A DNA stretch of 64,000 nt from Paecilomyces variotii (taxonomy: Eukaryota). The position numbers were made by a program, and so were the translations under genes. The stretch lies in assembly GCA_004022145.1 (NCBI GenBank), contig RCNU01000003.1. The stretch is one strand, 5' to 3'. The notes under the pieces were generated by a model. That model searched no databases. It was not told the DNA's origin and saw only the letters and a list, made by a program, of their open reading frames with translations. Of this stretch, positions 25,916 through 37,634 are shown piece by piece. The number at the start of each line of letters is the position of its first letter. Within the stretch, counting starts at the first letter, position 1.

Positions 25916-27168
25916 AGTATCGAGATGAGGGAAGAACCTGGGGTGTTTCACGTATATAGATGTGTTTCGAGTATAATCAAGATAGCTGTAGTAGAGAAGA
26001 AGTTGTAAGTAGAAACAGTACATACCGTAGACTCTTTAAAGGAGGAATATGCCATCTCAGCTAGTCATCAATCTCTCCATTTGGAACAAACCAAATACAT
26101 CCCGCGCCGTTTATCTCCAAATAGTCTAGTTCAACCATACACATGGATTTGTATGAACGGCTATGTCATAGAATTCCGCCTATTGACTTCTGCCTATGAG
26201 GCAGAATAATCACAAATAATAGCTATTCGCTATCATGGTAGAGCGCTTCGGTTACTTAGCTTATTTGGAGATAAATGGTAATGGCGGCAGTCGCGATATC
26301 TGGTTCGTTCCAGGTCGAGGAAGGTGACATCCCATGGATCCGATTATGTATTAGCCGATGCGGGATAGTACTCTTCAAGGAGCCTAACTACTGATCATTG
26401 TTCTTTTTTGATCATAGAGCACAGAATTTGAATTATAAGAGGGGAAATCCCACAAATTACTTGACTATGTGAAGTAGCAAGATAGTTTTCAGATTTGGTG
26501 ACCTCCCTGTCACACAGTCGCTCAGAGGTTATTACGACAGATAACGAGGGATAGTTCTCGTGGTACTGCCTTACAGGCAGAAGTCGTAGGCGAAGATCCT
26601 TGATCTTTATCTGGATGGGCTAGGCTAATTAGAGGTATACGCCCTCGCGATGTCTAGTTTGTTTCAAGTTGAGAAAGATGGCATTCTAACTGTCAGATAC
26701 TTCTTTCAGGAAATAAAAGGTTATTGGTAATGTTCTATTTATTTTAACTTCGGCTGTTGCCAGTTCTAGATCTCGAGTACAAGGTAGAGGAGATGTGGTG
26801 TGGACTTGTTACACTTTTGAAATAGGCGTTCCAATGCTATCGCCCCTGTAGTATACACATTTTATAACTCCCTCTCGGTGAGACGGAGAAAGAAAACAAA
26901 GACAATTCAAAATTGATAAAAAAGAAAACAAAATAGGAACAAGAGCAAGGATGATTACAGGATCGGTTCATCAGCTTCACCACTGTTTGTGGATATTGGT
27001 CTCCAATACCGCGAAAAGGTGAACCGCATTGGAGGGGGAAAGGGGCAAGAGAGAGAAAAGGGCGGCAAATAACGAGTAGACGAAAGATAGCGGCGGCAGA
27101 AAATAAAACGAGCGACGGGGTGGTAAAATATACAAGAGAAGGGGGATGCAAAACGAGTGGACGGTTGA

Positions 27169-28241
27169 TCAGGCTATCCGACCTTCAACCACTGCTTTCC
27201 GTTTATTTTTCTTTTCTGCCTTCCGCTTAGACTTCCTTTCCTTTTCCCTTTCGGCCCGGGGCTCTTCCTCCGGGACCTCCTGGTGAGCCGCTGCTCCCAT
27301 ATTTCTCACGAGCCTCTTGCAATATTCGAGGGCTCGGTGTGCCTTACTTGGGTTCTTCCGATACAGACCGTCAAGTTGTCCCAAGAGACCTTCCGATTGC
27401 CTCTTGAACTCTTCTTCTCCCCTGGTCATACTCGTCCCTGGGGCTTCTCCAAGAATGCGTGCAAGCTTTGTCACCCTTTCTGAATCCAGATTTCCATCGG
27501 CCATCCGTTTCAGAGAAGGACCATTGGAAGTCGGGTCGGAAGCTGCTTGGCCTCGCCGACTCTTTGACGCATCGGAGTCCCTCCCGTCCTTGGGGCGAAT
27601 GTTTCCGGGGAAGAAGGCGTTTTTCAGATCTATATCAGGCTTCGGTCGAGAAGCCAACAGGGCGCCGGCCGCCGCATGTTGTCTATCTCCTCGCTGTCCC
27701 GATAGAAGTCCAGCATTTTTCGCCATGTGTCAAGCTGCTCGGCCTCGTCGTCAGGTAGAGCGTCGGGTAAATCCAACTGGTCCCGATCGATGAGACTGGA
27801 CAACCGGTCCAGATCGCCGGCGACCTGCGATTACCCGTCTCCGAATGGCAGAGCAAGTTCCGAGTTTTGTATGCGAATATCGCAGTCTTGACCATGTCCA
27901 AGTCGAGTTTCAGACCACGAGAACGAAGGATTTTGATAGTAGCGTCTAATGTCTCAAGGACCTTGTCACCCCCGGAGGAGCATGCGGACGCCTCTTCGTT
28001 CAGGAATTCTGCAACCTTGGAGACCATTGATGGAAGTTATGTAACCTGCTCCCTTTGCTGTCTTCAGGAGGGACTTGAAAACCCTTCCAGCATAGTCACC
28101 GAACCGACAATAAAATTGAAGCCGCTTGTGGGCGGCTTCGACCTGACCCAGTCTCTTCTCCAGAGCCTCAATGACATTTGGAGAATATCCCGGCGACGCT
28201 CCTGGGCACTTGACGTCCCCGCCATCTGTATCGTCGTCCAT
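27169..28241 (-). pseudogene. Frameshifted gene of unknown family with RNxxCH motif and basic C-terminus
   Basis: Protein-like sequence continues across four frame segments with shifts near 28025, 27825 and 27675 (MDDDTDGG..AGYITS / SKVAEFL..YKTRNLLCHS / GDLDRLSSLIDRD..WRKMLDFYRDS / AAAGALLASRPK..KRKAVVEGRIA*). No convincing introns were seen at the junctions. Confidence 0.6.
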
Positions 28242-29110
28242 TGGTGAATTGGAGTGCCGGTGCGTGCCTTCACTTGATAACTCCGAAGAGTTATCGTTGC
28301 GACTTATCAGTAGTGCTAACAATCTGTTGGTAAACCAGCACACATCATAGAAGGGTTGATCGTATGTACTTACTTTGCTCTCAAAGCCCACTTGAAGATA
28401 GAAGAGAAGAGAGGAAAGGAGAGACACAAATCGGGTGTCTTTATTTTGTGAGAATAGAATATCTGGGAGCGAAGCTCGCTGAGCCTGAATTCTCTAGCAA
28501 CTATCTCAGCCAATTTATCTCTATGGGTGGAGCTAGAAATGCGTGGGAGAAACAGAAACATAACAGGAGTCCTGCATTTAAGCAGCTCTGACAGAGTATG
28601 CTTGAGGTTAATATTGGAAGGTGTGAATGGATGATACAGTTTGGGCTGGCCCAGCAGTCACGATGTACCGGTTTGGTATCCGAATGAGGAAAGCAGGAAA
28701 GGGCATAAAGTGAAATACATGGGACGTTCCAATTGCTGAGATAGATTACAACAGCTTGCGATGGTACTATATTTCTCCTTCCACAACTGCCTTGCAGGCA
28801 GAAGTAGCAGGCAGAAGTAGCAGGCAGAAATATTCAATATATAAACATAACTCATGGGGTTAAGCTAGACTTATTTGAGGTGAACGGTACCCGCGATGCT
28901 TGGTTCGTTCCAGGTTGGAGAAGATAGCACCTGATTACAAGGCAGGTTATAAAGCATGAAACTCCTTTCCAAGTAGCTATCATCAATATTCTTCCTACAA
29001 TCAACTTCGTCCTCCATCTCTGATAAACAGTCTTGCTATTCTTGATTTTTTTAGAAATATCCGTGAAGACAGCACAGGTGCCCAGCCTCAACTTTACATC
29101 CTTCCAGAAG

Positions 29111-30496
29111 ATGGCATCGGAAAATATGATTCTCGGCCTCTTTTCCGGGCTTCCTTACGAGATCCGGGAGATGATTTGGAAAGAATTCTTCCCGACCAGT
29201 CGACATCAACATCCCTTAATGTCACAGAGGCAGAAGACAGACCTCAGTGTCTTGCGTGCAAATCGGGCCCTATACGATGAAATATCAACGCTGCTTTACA
29301 AAAACTCTTGTCTAACATTCACTCTTACTCCTGCATACGTGTCATGGGCCGTGGTGACCCTTGACCAAAGCAAAGAGCACTCAAACGATAGACATATCGG
29401 CGCAAAACCCATTTGGAGTCTAGAAAGTTTGGCCGATGCCAAATCGCGAGGCTTTGACAATCTTCCGTTTCATAAAATTGAGACGGTGAATGTAAACCTC
29501 CACCCACCGAATCCAAGAAAGAAGGGCGAGATATTCTTCCTATGGCGAAAAGTCACCGACCTTGTAACCATTTTCAAAAAAGCAAAACGCATCCACGACC
29601 TCACTATCTGGCTTAAGAAAGGTATCGATGGAGATTGGGTTGACAAATGGATGAAACCGCATACAAGTGCCTTATATCAAATCGACCATTGCCGTTGTGA
29701 CCACGATGTCGTCTGCTTGCCCTTCTGTACCTTGCGAAATGTGGAAGAGATATGGATCGAGACCCACTCAAAAGAACTAGAAGATGCGATTGATTGGCGA
29801 ATAATCAATGTGGCTATGCACACCGTCTGGGACAGGTGCTGGGAGTCCGTCCCTTCTTCCAGGGATTATAAGATCTCAGGTCACGATGTGGACCGGGCTG
29901 TGGCCGCCGATTACTTCTCAATGCATGTTGACCTATGGAAAAACCCGATGGAACCAGAAGCCAATCTAGCACGTCGAGATTTCCTGAGTACGTGGTTCGA
30001 ACAAGGGATCTCTGGCAAATCCGAATTTGAAAGCCAGGTCCTTCGAATTACGATCGACTACCCTGAGATCATCAAGGCATATGATTGGGAAATGGAATTT
30101 CTAGATTATATGCATACTGCGATGGTATGTCTATACCTCCACATGAAGTCGCTACGCGGCAAGCTGGAGGATCCAGAGTATTGGGATCAAGGAGTTTGGA
30201 GCTCGGTCTTCCCCAAAGGGATCCCAGCGATGGATTCTGACGAGTACTGGGAAGAGTTGTACCCCGAGTTTATCGACCGCGATCTTTACCTGGATTATAT
30301 GGACAAGAATACTTTTCTTTCCACCATAGGCAAACTCATTTGGAAATGGCAAGATGAGCACCCGAACATGGACTATGACGCACAATCATCGGATGACGAC
30401 TGGGACACGAATTCGCAGTTCTCATGTGAGAATTGCCCAGGCTACAAGCCAGGGGTTGGGAATCGCTATCGCCACGTCTTCTTGCGAAGAGAATGA
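29111..30496 (+). CDS. Hypothetical protein with F-box/2EXR-like N-terminal motif (paralogue B)
   Basis: Intronless ORF with LFSGLPYEIREMIW...LSVLRANRALYDEISTLLY. It shares GFxxLPFHK, ExFFLW, HDVDRAVAxDYF, WDQGxWxSxFPxGxP and a C-terminal CxxC with paralogue A. Confidence 0.82.
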   Translation: MASENMILGLFSGLPYEIREMIWKEFFPTSRHQHPLMSQRQKTDLSVLRANRALYDEISTLLYKNSCLTFTLTPAYVSWAVVTLDQSKEHSNDRHIGAKPIWSLESLADAKSRGFDNLPFHKIETVNVNLHPPNPRKKGEIFFLWRKVTDLVTIFKKAKRIHDLTIWLKKGIDGDWVDKWMKPHTSALYQIDHCRCDHDVVCLPFCTLRNVEEIWIETHSKELEDAIDWRIINVAMHTVWDRCWESVPSSRDYKISGHDVDRAVAADYFSMHVDLWKNPMEPEANLARRDFLSTWFEQGISGKSEFESQVLRITIDYPEIIKAYDWEMEFLDYMHTAMVCLYLHMKSLRGKLEDPEYWDQGVWSSVFPKGIPAMDSDEYWEELYPEFIDRDLYLDYMDKNTFLSTIGKLIWKWQDEHPNMDYDAQSSDDDWDTNSQFSCENCPGYKPGVGNRYRHVFLRRE

Positions 30497-30590
30497 CTCC
30501 ACTCCAAATAGCCGCTCCTCTATCCCTGTTCAACTCTTTCTCAAAGCTCCAGGTCTTCATATATATATAGATATATATCCCGATACTCCA

Positions 30591-30999
30591 TACTGTTGTT
30601 GGTACCACATTGGACGATATTTGACATCTGCATTTGCGTTTTCTTTATATGCTTGCGTCAACAATTTGTGATCGGCCCTGGTGGGGCCTAAGCCTATTTC
30701 AATATAAATAAGAGAGAGATAACTGTCTGGTCGATGACCGGTCATCGTCATTTAGTGATATCATTATTCTCCATCTGCTTCTCCTTCTTCTCCTTCTTAC
30801 TGTTGTTGGTACCACATTGCACGATTTTACCATTTGCATTTACTTTTTTTTTGTATGCTCGTGTTATCAATTTCTGATCGGCCCTGACGGGGAATAAGTG
30901 TATCTTGGATAAACAAGAGAGAGATAACTGTCTGGTGGATGACCGGTCATTGTTATTTAATAATATTATTCTGCTTCTACTTCTCCTTCTTGTCCTTCT
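30591..30999. repeat. Diverged tandem direct duplication, two units of ~205 bp (30591-30797, 30798-30999)
   Basis: Both units start TACTGTTGTTGGTACCACATTG, share TGATCGGCCCTG and AAGAGAGAGATAACTGTCTGGT.GATGACCGGTCAT, and end in CTTCTCCTTCT. Confidence 0.9.
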
Positions 31000-31390
31000 C
31001 CAGATACAGAGTGCAGGTGTATTTATTGGCTTCTGGTTAGCAACAATTCAATATTTTGAAGAGTTAATGATCCAGAGCGTAGTAGTTACAGTAGTTAACT
31101 AGATGTAAAACTAACTAACTAGTTAACTATGAAACTATGCACATGCTGACTAAGCAACCCAGCGCACCAGCCACGTGACGTACTGCCCGGTGCGCCAACT
31201 CTCTCGCCGGAACGGAGCTCGGAAGTCCTGGATAACAGCCAAGGTTGGATCCTCGACGACCGAGACGACCTCACGCCAGTTTGAGCCCAATTCCCTCGTC
31301 CTCCCAGGGCCAAACTCCGGAACTCTTCCAGGCATCTCGCGATTGGGCACCGGTCGATAAGGACAGAAGAAGGCACGACGAATAGACACA

Positions 31391-32297
31391 ATGGGTGCCG
31401 GTAGCTCGAAGCAGGAGCCTTCGGCTGGCTCGAAACATGTTTTCGCCAGGTGAGTCCAAGATGGTATTTGCGATTGAAACGAGAAGAATGAAAGATTGTT
31501 CTTCGGGGTTTTCCGGGGAAGGGAGCTGTGGGGATATAAATATGGAAGGGGAAATGGACGAAAAAAGAAGATGAACTAGTTCAGCTCACTGATATCAAAA
31601 CTACAGCGAGACCCCCGTCCAGTTCTCCTCTAACTTGGTAGAGGCTCTTCAGTCAAGCGCCGAGGTAAGTCTTTTTTTCCAAACTGCATTTAGAATTCAA
31701 TTGGGATATTCTGCAAATCCAGATAAACTTACGAGTTGTCTCCCGCAGACCGACTCCTCCCGCGCCAAATCCCTCGAACTACACATCCAAGCGCGCGTTG
31801 CGCAGGAACTCGAGCGCATCCGCCAACGTGAACAGCAGACTCTCGCTGAGATCGAGAAGCGATTGAACGAAGGCACCCTCTCATCCGGCAACACGCCCCC
31901 CCCTCCATCATCCACCTCGGGCTACTCGGTCCCCACGACCTTCGGCCCGTCCAAGTACACGCAAGAGGAGCTCTCCCTGGACACGCCGCTTGTTCCCTTC
32001 GCCGGTCGGGATACGTCTTCTACTACCTTCCCCACCCCTGCCGGGGAGAATGTCCAGATCGACCGCGACGCGTCCCGCGAGACGGTCCTGAAGGAGATCG
32101 AGCAGTTGAAGAGCAAGCTTGAGGGACGGAAGAGGCTTGCGGCACTGGATGATAATGTGGACCGCGCCAGATCGGGCGTTGTGGGCTGCTTGAAGCTGAA
32201 CGACCGACGGCCGTTGGATTGCTGGAAGGAAGTCGAGCAGTTCAAGAAGGAAGTGCAGAAGTTGGAGGAGGCGTTCGTGGAGAAGATTATTGGTTGA
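31391..32297 (+). CDS. MIC19: MICOS subunit Mic19 (DUF1690); introns 31450-31606, 31665-31748
   Basis: Myristoylation-type start MGAGSSK, then ETPVQFSSNLVEALQSS, TDSSRAKSLELHIQARVAQEL and the C-terminal Cys pair CLKLNDRRPLDCWKEVEQFK. Confidence 0.88.
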
Positions 32298-32702
32298 GAG
32301 TTGAACTATTTGAAAGAGAAGATTCTTGATCTCCTCCTTCATCTGCTTTCCCTGCTTCACATGGGAAGCAGGTGAAATCTCTTTTTTTTTCATTATACTG
32401 AACGTCTGTATCTAAAGTATGTGGTTTCCGATTCCTTTTTCCTTACATGAGGAAAAAAATTAAGTGGAACAGCAAAACGTTTGGGATGTGTAATAGACAA
32501 AACAGAATCTGTACGTTTATGTTCTTATTTCTATCTCGTCCAGTTTATACCTTTGCCGTGCATGCAGCGGATCTAGTTGCCATTCCTAGTAAAAAGCCTC
32601 AATATAATATAAGATATCATAACAGGGTATCATGATACAACTCCCTTCTCTTTCGAGTCCATCTACAGAATCACATGGTTTGTAACAATATCATGTGGAA
32701 CT

Positions 32703-35635
32703 TCATACGACTTCCCAAATGCCCAACCTGCCGACTCGTTCACCCGCAGAGCGAACAATACACATCCTTCGCTCTCGTGCTTTGCCTTTTCCTTTCTCTT
32801 TCTCACTCTCAGCGGCTGAGTTTATGATCTTCGAGATGAGAATCGATCCAACACCCGTCCCCTTGCCTTCGGACAGGTTGTAGTTTCCTGTCGTCACGAA
32901 GCCGATGAGGTCCTCTTCAGACGGGATGGGCAGGTAGGCATTCCGCTCTGCGTCAGTGTGGGGGCCTGCTTCTGCTGATGATGCGAGAAGAGAAGCTGCG
33001 AGGCGCTTACAAGCTTCATCGCGCCGTTCTTGTTCTGATGGTGTGGTTTGGGACTGGGACTGGCTCTGGCTCTGGCTCTGGATTTGCTTCTTTTTTCCCT
33101 TCTGGACGGGGGATTGGCTCCCATTTTGTGTGGATGTAGTAGACACAGGAGATGCTAATGAAAGCCACTGCTGGCGTAGTTCATCGTCTGTCGTTGGGAG
33201 GCGGTAGATGCGGGCACGTGGCGTGGGAGTGCCACGATTGAAGAGAGAGATCTTGACAGTTGCCAGGGCGGGCTTGTCGAGAAGGCTCTGTAGATCTGCA
33301 GGAAGAGGCCCAGACACATGGTTCACAATCCTATGAGCCGTGTTCGAAGTAAGCTGGTGTAGACTATACGGTGGGATAGCATTCAGCTTCTTGTTGTCCT
33401 CTGTGGACGAATCAGCGGCCTCAGATGCAGTTTTCTTCCTCTCCAAGTCTTTCTGAGCGGCAGTGTCTGCATTCTCCGTCACTGCGACCTCGGGAGGACC
33501 TTCTACCAGTCTTTCCCAGTCACAAGCCCATCCACGCCCTATTTCACCTTTCGTGCCGTTTCCAAGATCTATGCTTTCGAACTCGGTTCTCCGGCCCTTT
33601 GGCTTCCTCTCCCACTCTTTCTTCGCCTCCTCTCGCTCACGCAAGCCCCATTGCCAGCCTGCCTGAGTACCCGGGAAATCACCTGGAAACCACGGTTCTC
33701 CCACTTCGAAAGCAAGCTGCCTTTGTTCTTTGAGACCGCCAAATCGAGGATTTCCTCCACTGGAGAGCGGATGGTACATCAGTGAGTACCACACAGGAAC
33801 CAGGCACTTCCAGGGGAGAAGGACGGTCCAGGTACCCTGGGCGTTGCTGTTCTTGGCCATAATACCTGGCTTGGATGCAAGAACTATGACAGGAATACTT
33901 GGATCTGAAGGCTGTGGGGACGGATATGTTCCTGGTCCAGCCAGGGTCCGTCGTCGATTGATGGCCTTTTGGCTGGGAAGTTGGCGAGCAGCGGCCAAAC
34001 GTGCAGGACGGTCAAACAGCGCAGCAGGCTTCTGAGTCTTGTCTACCGGCCACGAGGCTAGTAAGATAGCAAGATCGTTCATGCTCTGCTCGGAAGTAGG
34101 TGGTTTTATCTTCCTTGGAGGAAAGCGTAGACGAGGATCAGATATTGAGAAAGCCAGGATGGCATTCTGGGGAAGAGAAGAAGGGTTCGTGACGCTTATA
34201 AGAGAGGACCAAGTCGCTTCTGGACTGTCCTTGGGGAAGTCTTTCCCATCCTCTTGCAGCGGCTTGAGTGCACCTAGTAATGCCTCCGTCGCCCCAGGAC
34301 CAGTGATATCGATGCTCCCGATCTCAAAGCGCAAGTCTTCCACCATGACAGGAGGGTTCTGGCGTTTTGATACTTCTAAGAGTTCATTCCACAGCTGAAG
34401 AAACGCTGACGGATGTACTCGGACGAACAGCTTCTCCCTAGGCTTCTTAGTCTTGCGCGGGCCACTCTGGTCCCCGGCATCGGTCATCTCAACATCCTCC
34501 TGCGCGTCTCTTGCACGCCAGATCAATGTCACGGGCGCGATCGGCCTCTTCTCTCCTTCATGTTCAAATACCCAAGCGACCAGGCTCCTCGTCCCTTGTC
34601 TCCATTTCTTCCCTTTCGTTCCCCACGCTTCGTCCCCAACAACTCCCACTGCCCTCAGAACGCTTTCCAAACTAGCCTCAGTTCCCTCTAACTGCATCGT
34701 AGACATATAACTGACATCCCACGCTACAGCCCCCCTCGCACCCGCAGCCCGATGGGTAGGTCTATAGCTCTTCTCCGTGGGAGACAGCGGCACCGCAAAC
34801 CTCCACAACGGCTCGTTGGCCGTGGTCATATGGGCCCGCTTAGCATGAAACATATGCGTAGGCAACCATGTCTTTCCCCTCTGACGCTTCTTGAATTTCG
34901 ACTCTGGCGGAAACGGATGCGAGAGTTTATTCTTCTTGATCTTGGGAACACGAGGCGCGATCTGGAAAGAATGGATTCCTTCATCGGAGAGTAATTTCCG
35001 CATTTCCTTATCCCGCTTGGCCTTGGACGCCGCACGTCTTGCTTTCGTCTTCGCATTCAGCCCCTGGAGTCGTCTGGCCGTCTCGAGACGTAGACGGAGG
35101 AGCTGGGTCGGTTTTCTCCGTCGGGCTGTCACGGTGGGAGTATTATCTTCAATCATCTAGATATATAACACTCAGTAAAAAACACAGCTTTCGTTTCAAA
35201 CTCAACCATCCCAACACCATGAAACGAGCTCCTCTCTCCCTCTCTCTCCACATAAAATCCCACACACAGTCACAGATGTAGAATACATACCTCCCTCTTA
35301 GCCCTCGCCCTCAACCGACGCGGCACCCTCTTGACATTATGACTAGCCGTCCTCCGTCTCAAAGATCGAGGCACCTTCTGAAACGCACGACTGGTCAACG
35401 CCGCTTTCGACCGCTGCATTCCAGCCTCCAGGGCGCGGATCTCGAACTCACGAGCCCCTACAAAGGCCGCGACATCCAGATCGCCCGTCGCTGAGAGCGC
35501 GGCATCGGACGTCTGCACGGCCAAAGCGCGAGCATCGTAGGTCTTGGCGCGTTTTCGAGCAGCGGAAGAGCCGTCTTTGCCTCCTCCGGAGTTGGGGAAG
35601 GCAGGTTTGCGTTTCGAGGATTGATTAAGGGCCAT
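32703..35635 (-). CDS. POP1: RNase P/MRP subunit Pop1; intron 35157-35290
   Basis: POP1 motifs AFQKVPRSLRRRTASHN and WLPTHMFHAKRAHM, POPLD-type FGGL..Q..FE.GEPWFPGDFPGT..G, and C-terminal IGFVTTGNYNLSEGKG. Confidence 0.93.
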
Positions 35636-36057
35636 TTCGGCCGGGCGGGGCAAAAAAAAAAGACCTTTTGTTGTGATAGAGGTCGTGTTGTGGTTTCTTT
35701 TTTTATGCGGCGGCGTTTTGGGATATTCCGCGGAAATTTAATATGCGATTTCTCGACAGCTCTTTACGGCTTGGCGCGTCATGGGTACGGAGGGAACAAG
35801 AGGATCGTTCGTCACACCCCGGGCAGCCACCATGTTTAGCTCGACGGCCACCTGTCGATCAGTCGATCTCGTCTAGAACTCTATAAATAAAAGGACTACG
35901 TTCACCATGAGTGGATGGGCAAGGACGATTGATTGAGTCAAAGGGTATTCTATTGAGCGGGATTCTAGTCTATGCTATATCCTCTTTAAAGAAGAAAAGA
36001 AAAGGTCATTATCACGCCACTGTCATCAATCTATGAGTTGAGCCCGCCACCTGTGAT

Positions 36058-36784
36058 TTACAGAGCCTTGAGGATGGACTCGGCGTCGGAGACCTCGAGA
36101 ACGTTCTTTTCACGCTCACGCTTGGCGTAGGTGACCTTGCCGTGGTCGATGATGATGGCGTAACGGCCGGTGCGGCCCTCAGCGTCAGTCCAGCCGATGC
36201 TCTTGGAGAAGCGGGCCTCAGGGTCAGACAGGAAGAGCTGTGAAGAAACAGTCAGGATCAGTTTGATCGGGTGTCAAATTCGGAGTCGGAAGGGGATAAC
36301 ATACGATGTCGTCGCCAGTGACCTTGTTGGCCTTACCCCAGGCGCTCATGACGTAGGCGTCGTTGTAGGCAAGGACGGCAACAACGTCGACACCCTTCTC
36401 ACGGAGCTTGGGGAGAGCCTCGATGTAGCCGGGGACGTGTCTGGCAGAGCAGACAGGAGTGAAGGCACCTGAACGAGAAGAAGGTCAGACGAACGAGTCG
36501 GACAGACCGGGGGGGAGCTAGCCAGCAGGAATTGACATACCGGGAAGGGCGAAGAGGACAACCTTCTTGTCCTTCCACTCCTCAGAGGCCTTGTAGTTGA
36601 TGGGGATACCGCAAGCGGTGATGTCGCCAGCCTCCTCAGACCAGGGGATGTAGCTACAAGAAGACAGGGTGTCAGCACCATCCGACATCGAATGGACGAA
36701 AGAAAGTTCCTGAAGAGAAAGACAATGAACTTACGAGAAGACGACACCCTCGGGGAAAGAGTCACCGGGCTGAAGAGGAGCCAT
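36058..36784 (-). CDS. pmp20: Prx5-type peroxiredoxin Pmp20/Asp f3/Ahp1-like; exons 36735-36784, 36541-36653, 36305-36468, 36058-36237
   Basis: Spliced product [34 protein letters not shown]...[21 protein letters not shown]...[16 protein letters not shown]...[16 protein letters not shown]...[14 protein letters not shown]. All three introns have canonical splice sites. Confidence 0.93.
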
Positions 36785-37110
36785 GTTGATGGATTTGTCT
36801 GTAAGACGGGGGAGGATGGATGAGAGAGTGAGAGTGAGTGAGAGAGTTCAGATGGATGGTTCTGATCAACTTGGAGACGGGGAAGAGTCGAGGACGAGGG
36901 AGGCGGGGCGCGTGGAGGTTAATATAGTTGGAGGTCGGGCAGTGATACGCAGTGAGCTGATCCGAAACGGAAGGAAACCGAAGCGGTACCTTGACTGCCA
37001 GCTGGAAATCGAATGGTTCCTGTATTATCAAGAAGACCGCCCGAGACTGAGATGCCCCGCCAGAAAAACCCCCCACCGCCGACTGCTGTGGTTATCTAGA
37101 CCGCCCACGT

Positions 37111-37117
37111 TGACTAA
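37111..37117. promoter_or_regulatory. Candidate Yap1/AP-1 response element TGACTAA upstream of the peroxiredoxin
   Basis: TGACTAA lies ~330 bp upstream of the peroxiredoxin ATG, and fungal peroxiredoxins of this type are known Yap1 targets. A 7-mer can occur by chance. Confidence 0.4.
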
Positions 37118-37567
37118 TCCCGCTGAGGTGTTCGACTCTGCTGGTAACTAATCGTAGTAGTAGTCTGGTAGATACTTCCATCATCACGCACGACGGCCAC
37201 GAAACAGCCTCATCGCCCTCCGATCCCGAGATGTGTGCTTCCTCTGAGCCGATGCCCCGACCATCCGCCGCTGGTTCTTGCAGTACGTAGTTGCTATATC
37301 GGATCCCTACCATAAGACGGCAGAAGAATAATCGCCTACCATCATTTGCATGCATGCGACCCATGTCACCGCCGACGAATCACCGCCGGGCATCCCCTGT
37401 CACGGGCTTTCTATCGCTTTCGCTGCGTCCCTGGCCATCACGTCAATGGATTCCATGGTTAATGAACTCTACAACTCTTCGACGGAGCAATTGCTACAGG
37501 AGAAGCCTCAAGAGGGAAATAAATGCCTGATCTTTAATATCAAAATAGTATTATCCTTATCATTCTC

Positions 37568-37634
37568 CTTCTTCTTCTTCTTCTTCTTCTTCTTCTTCTT
37601 CTTCTTCTTCTTCTTCTTCTTCTTCTTCTTCTTC
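37568..37634. repeat. (CTT)n microsatellite, about 22 units
   Basis: Uninterrupted cttcttctt run. Confidence 0.95.
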
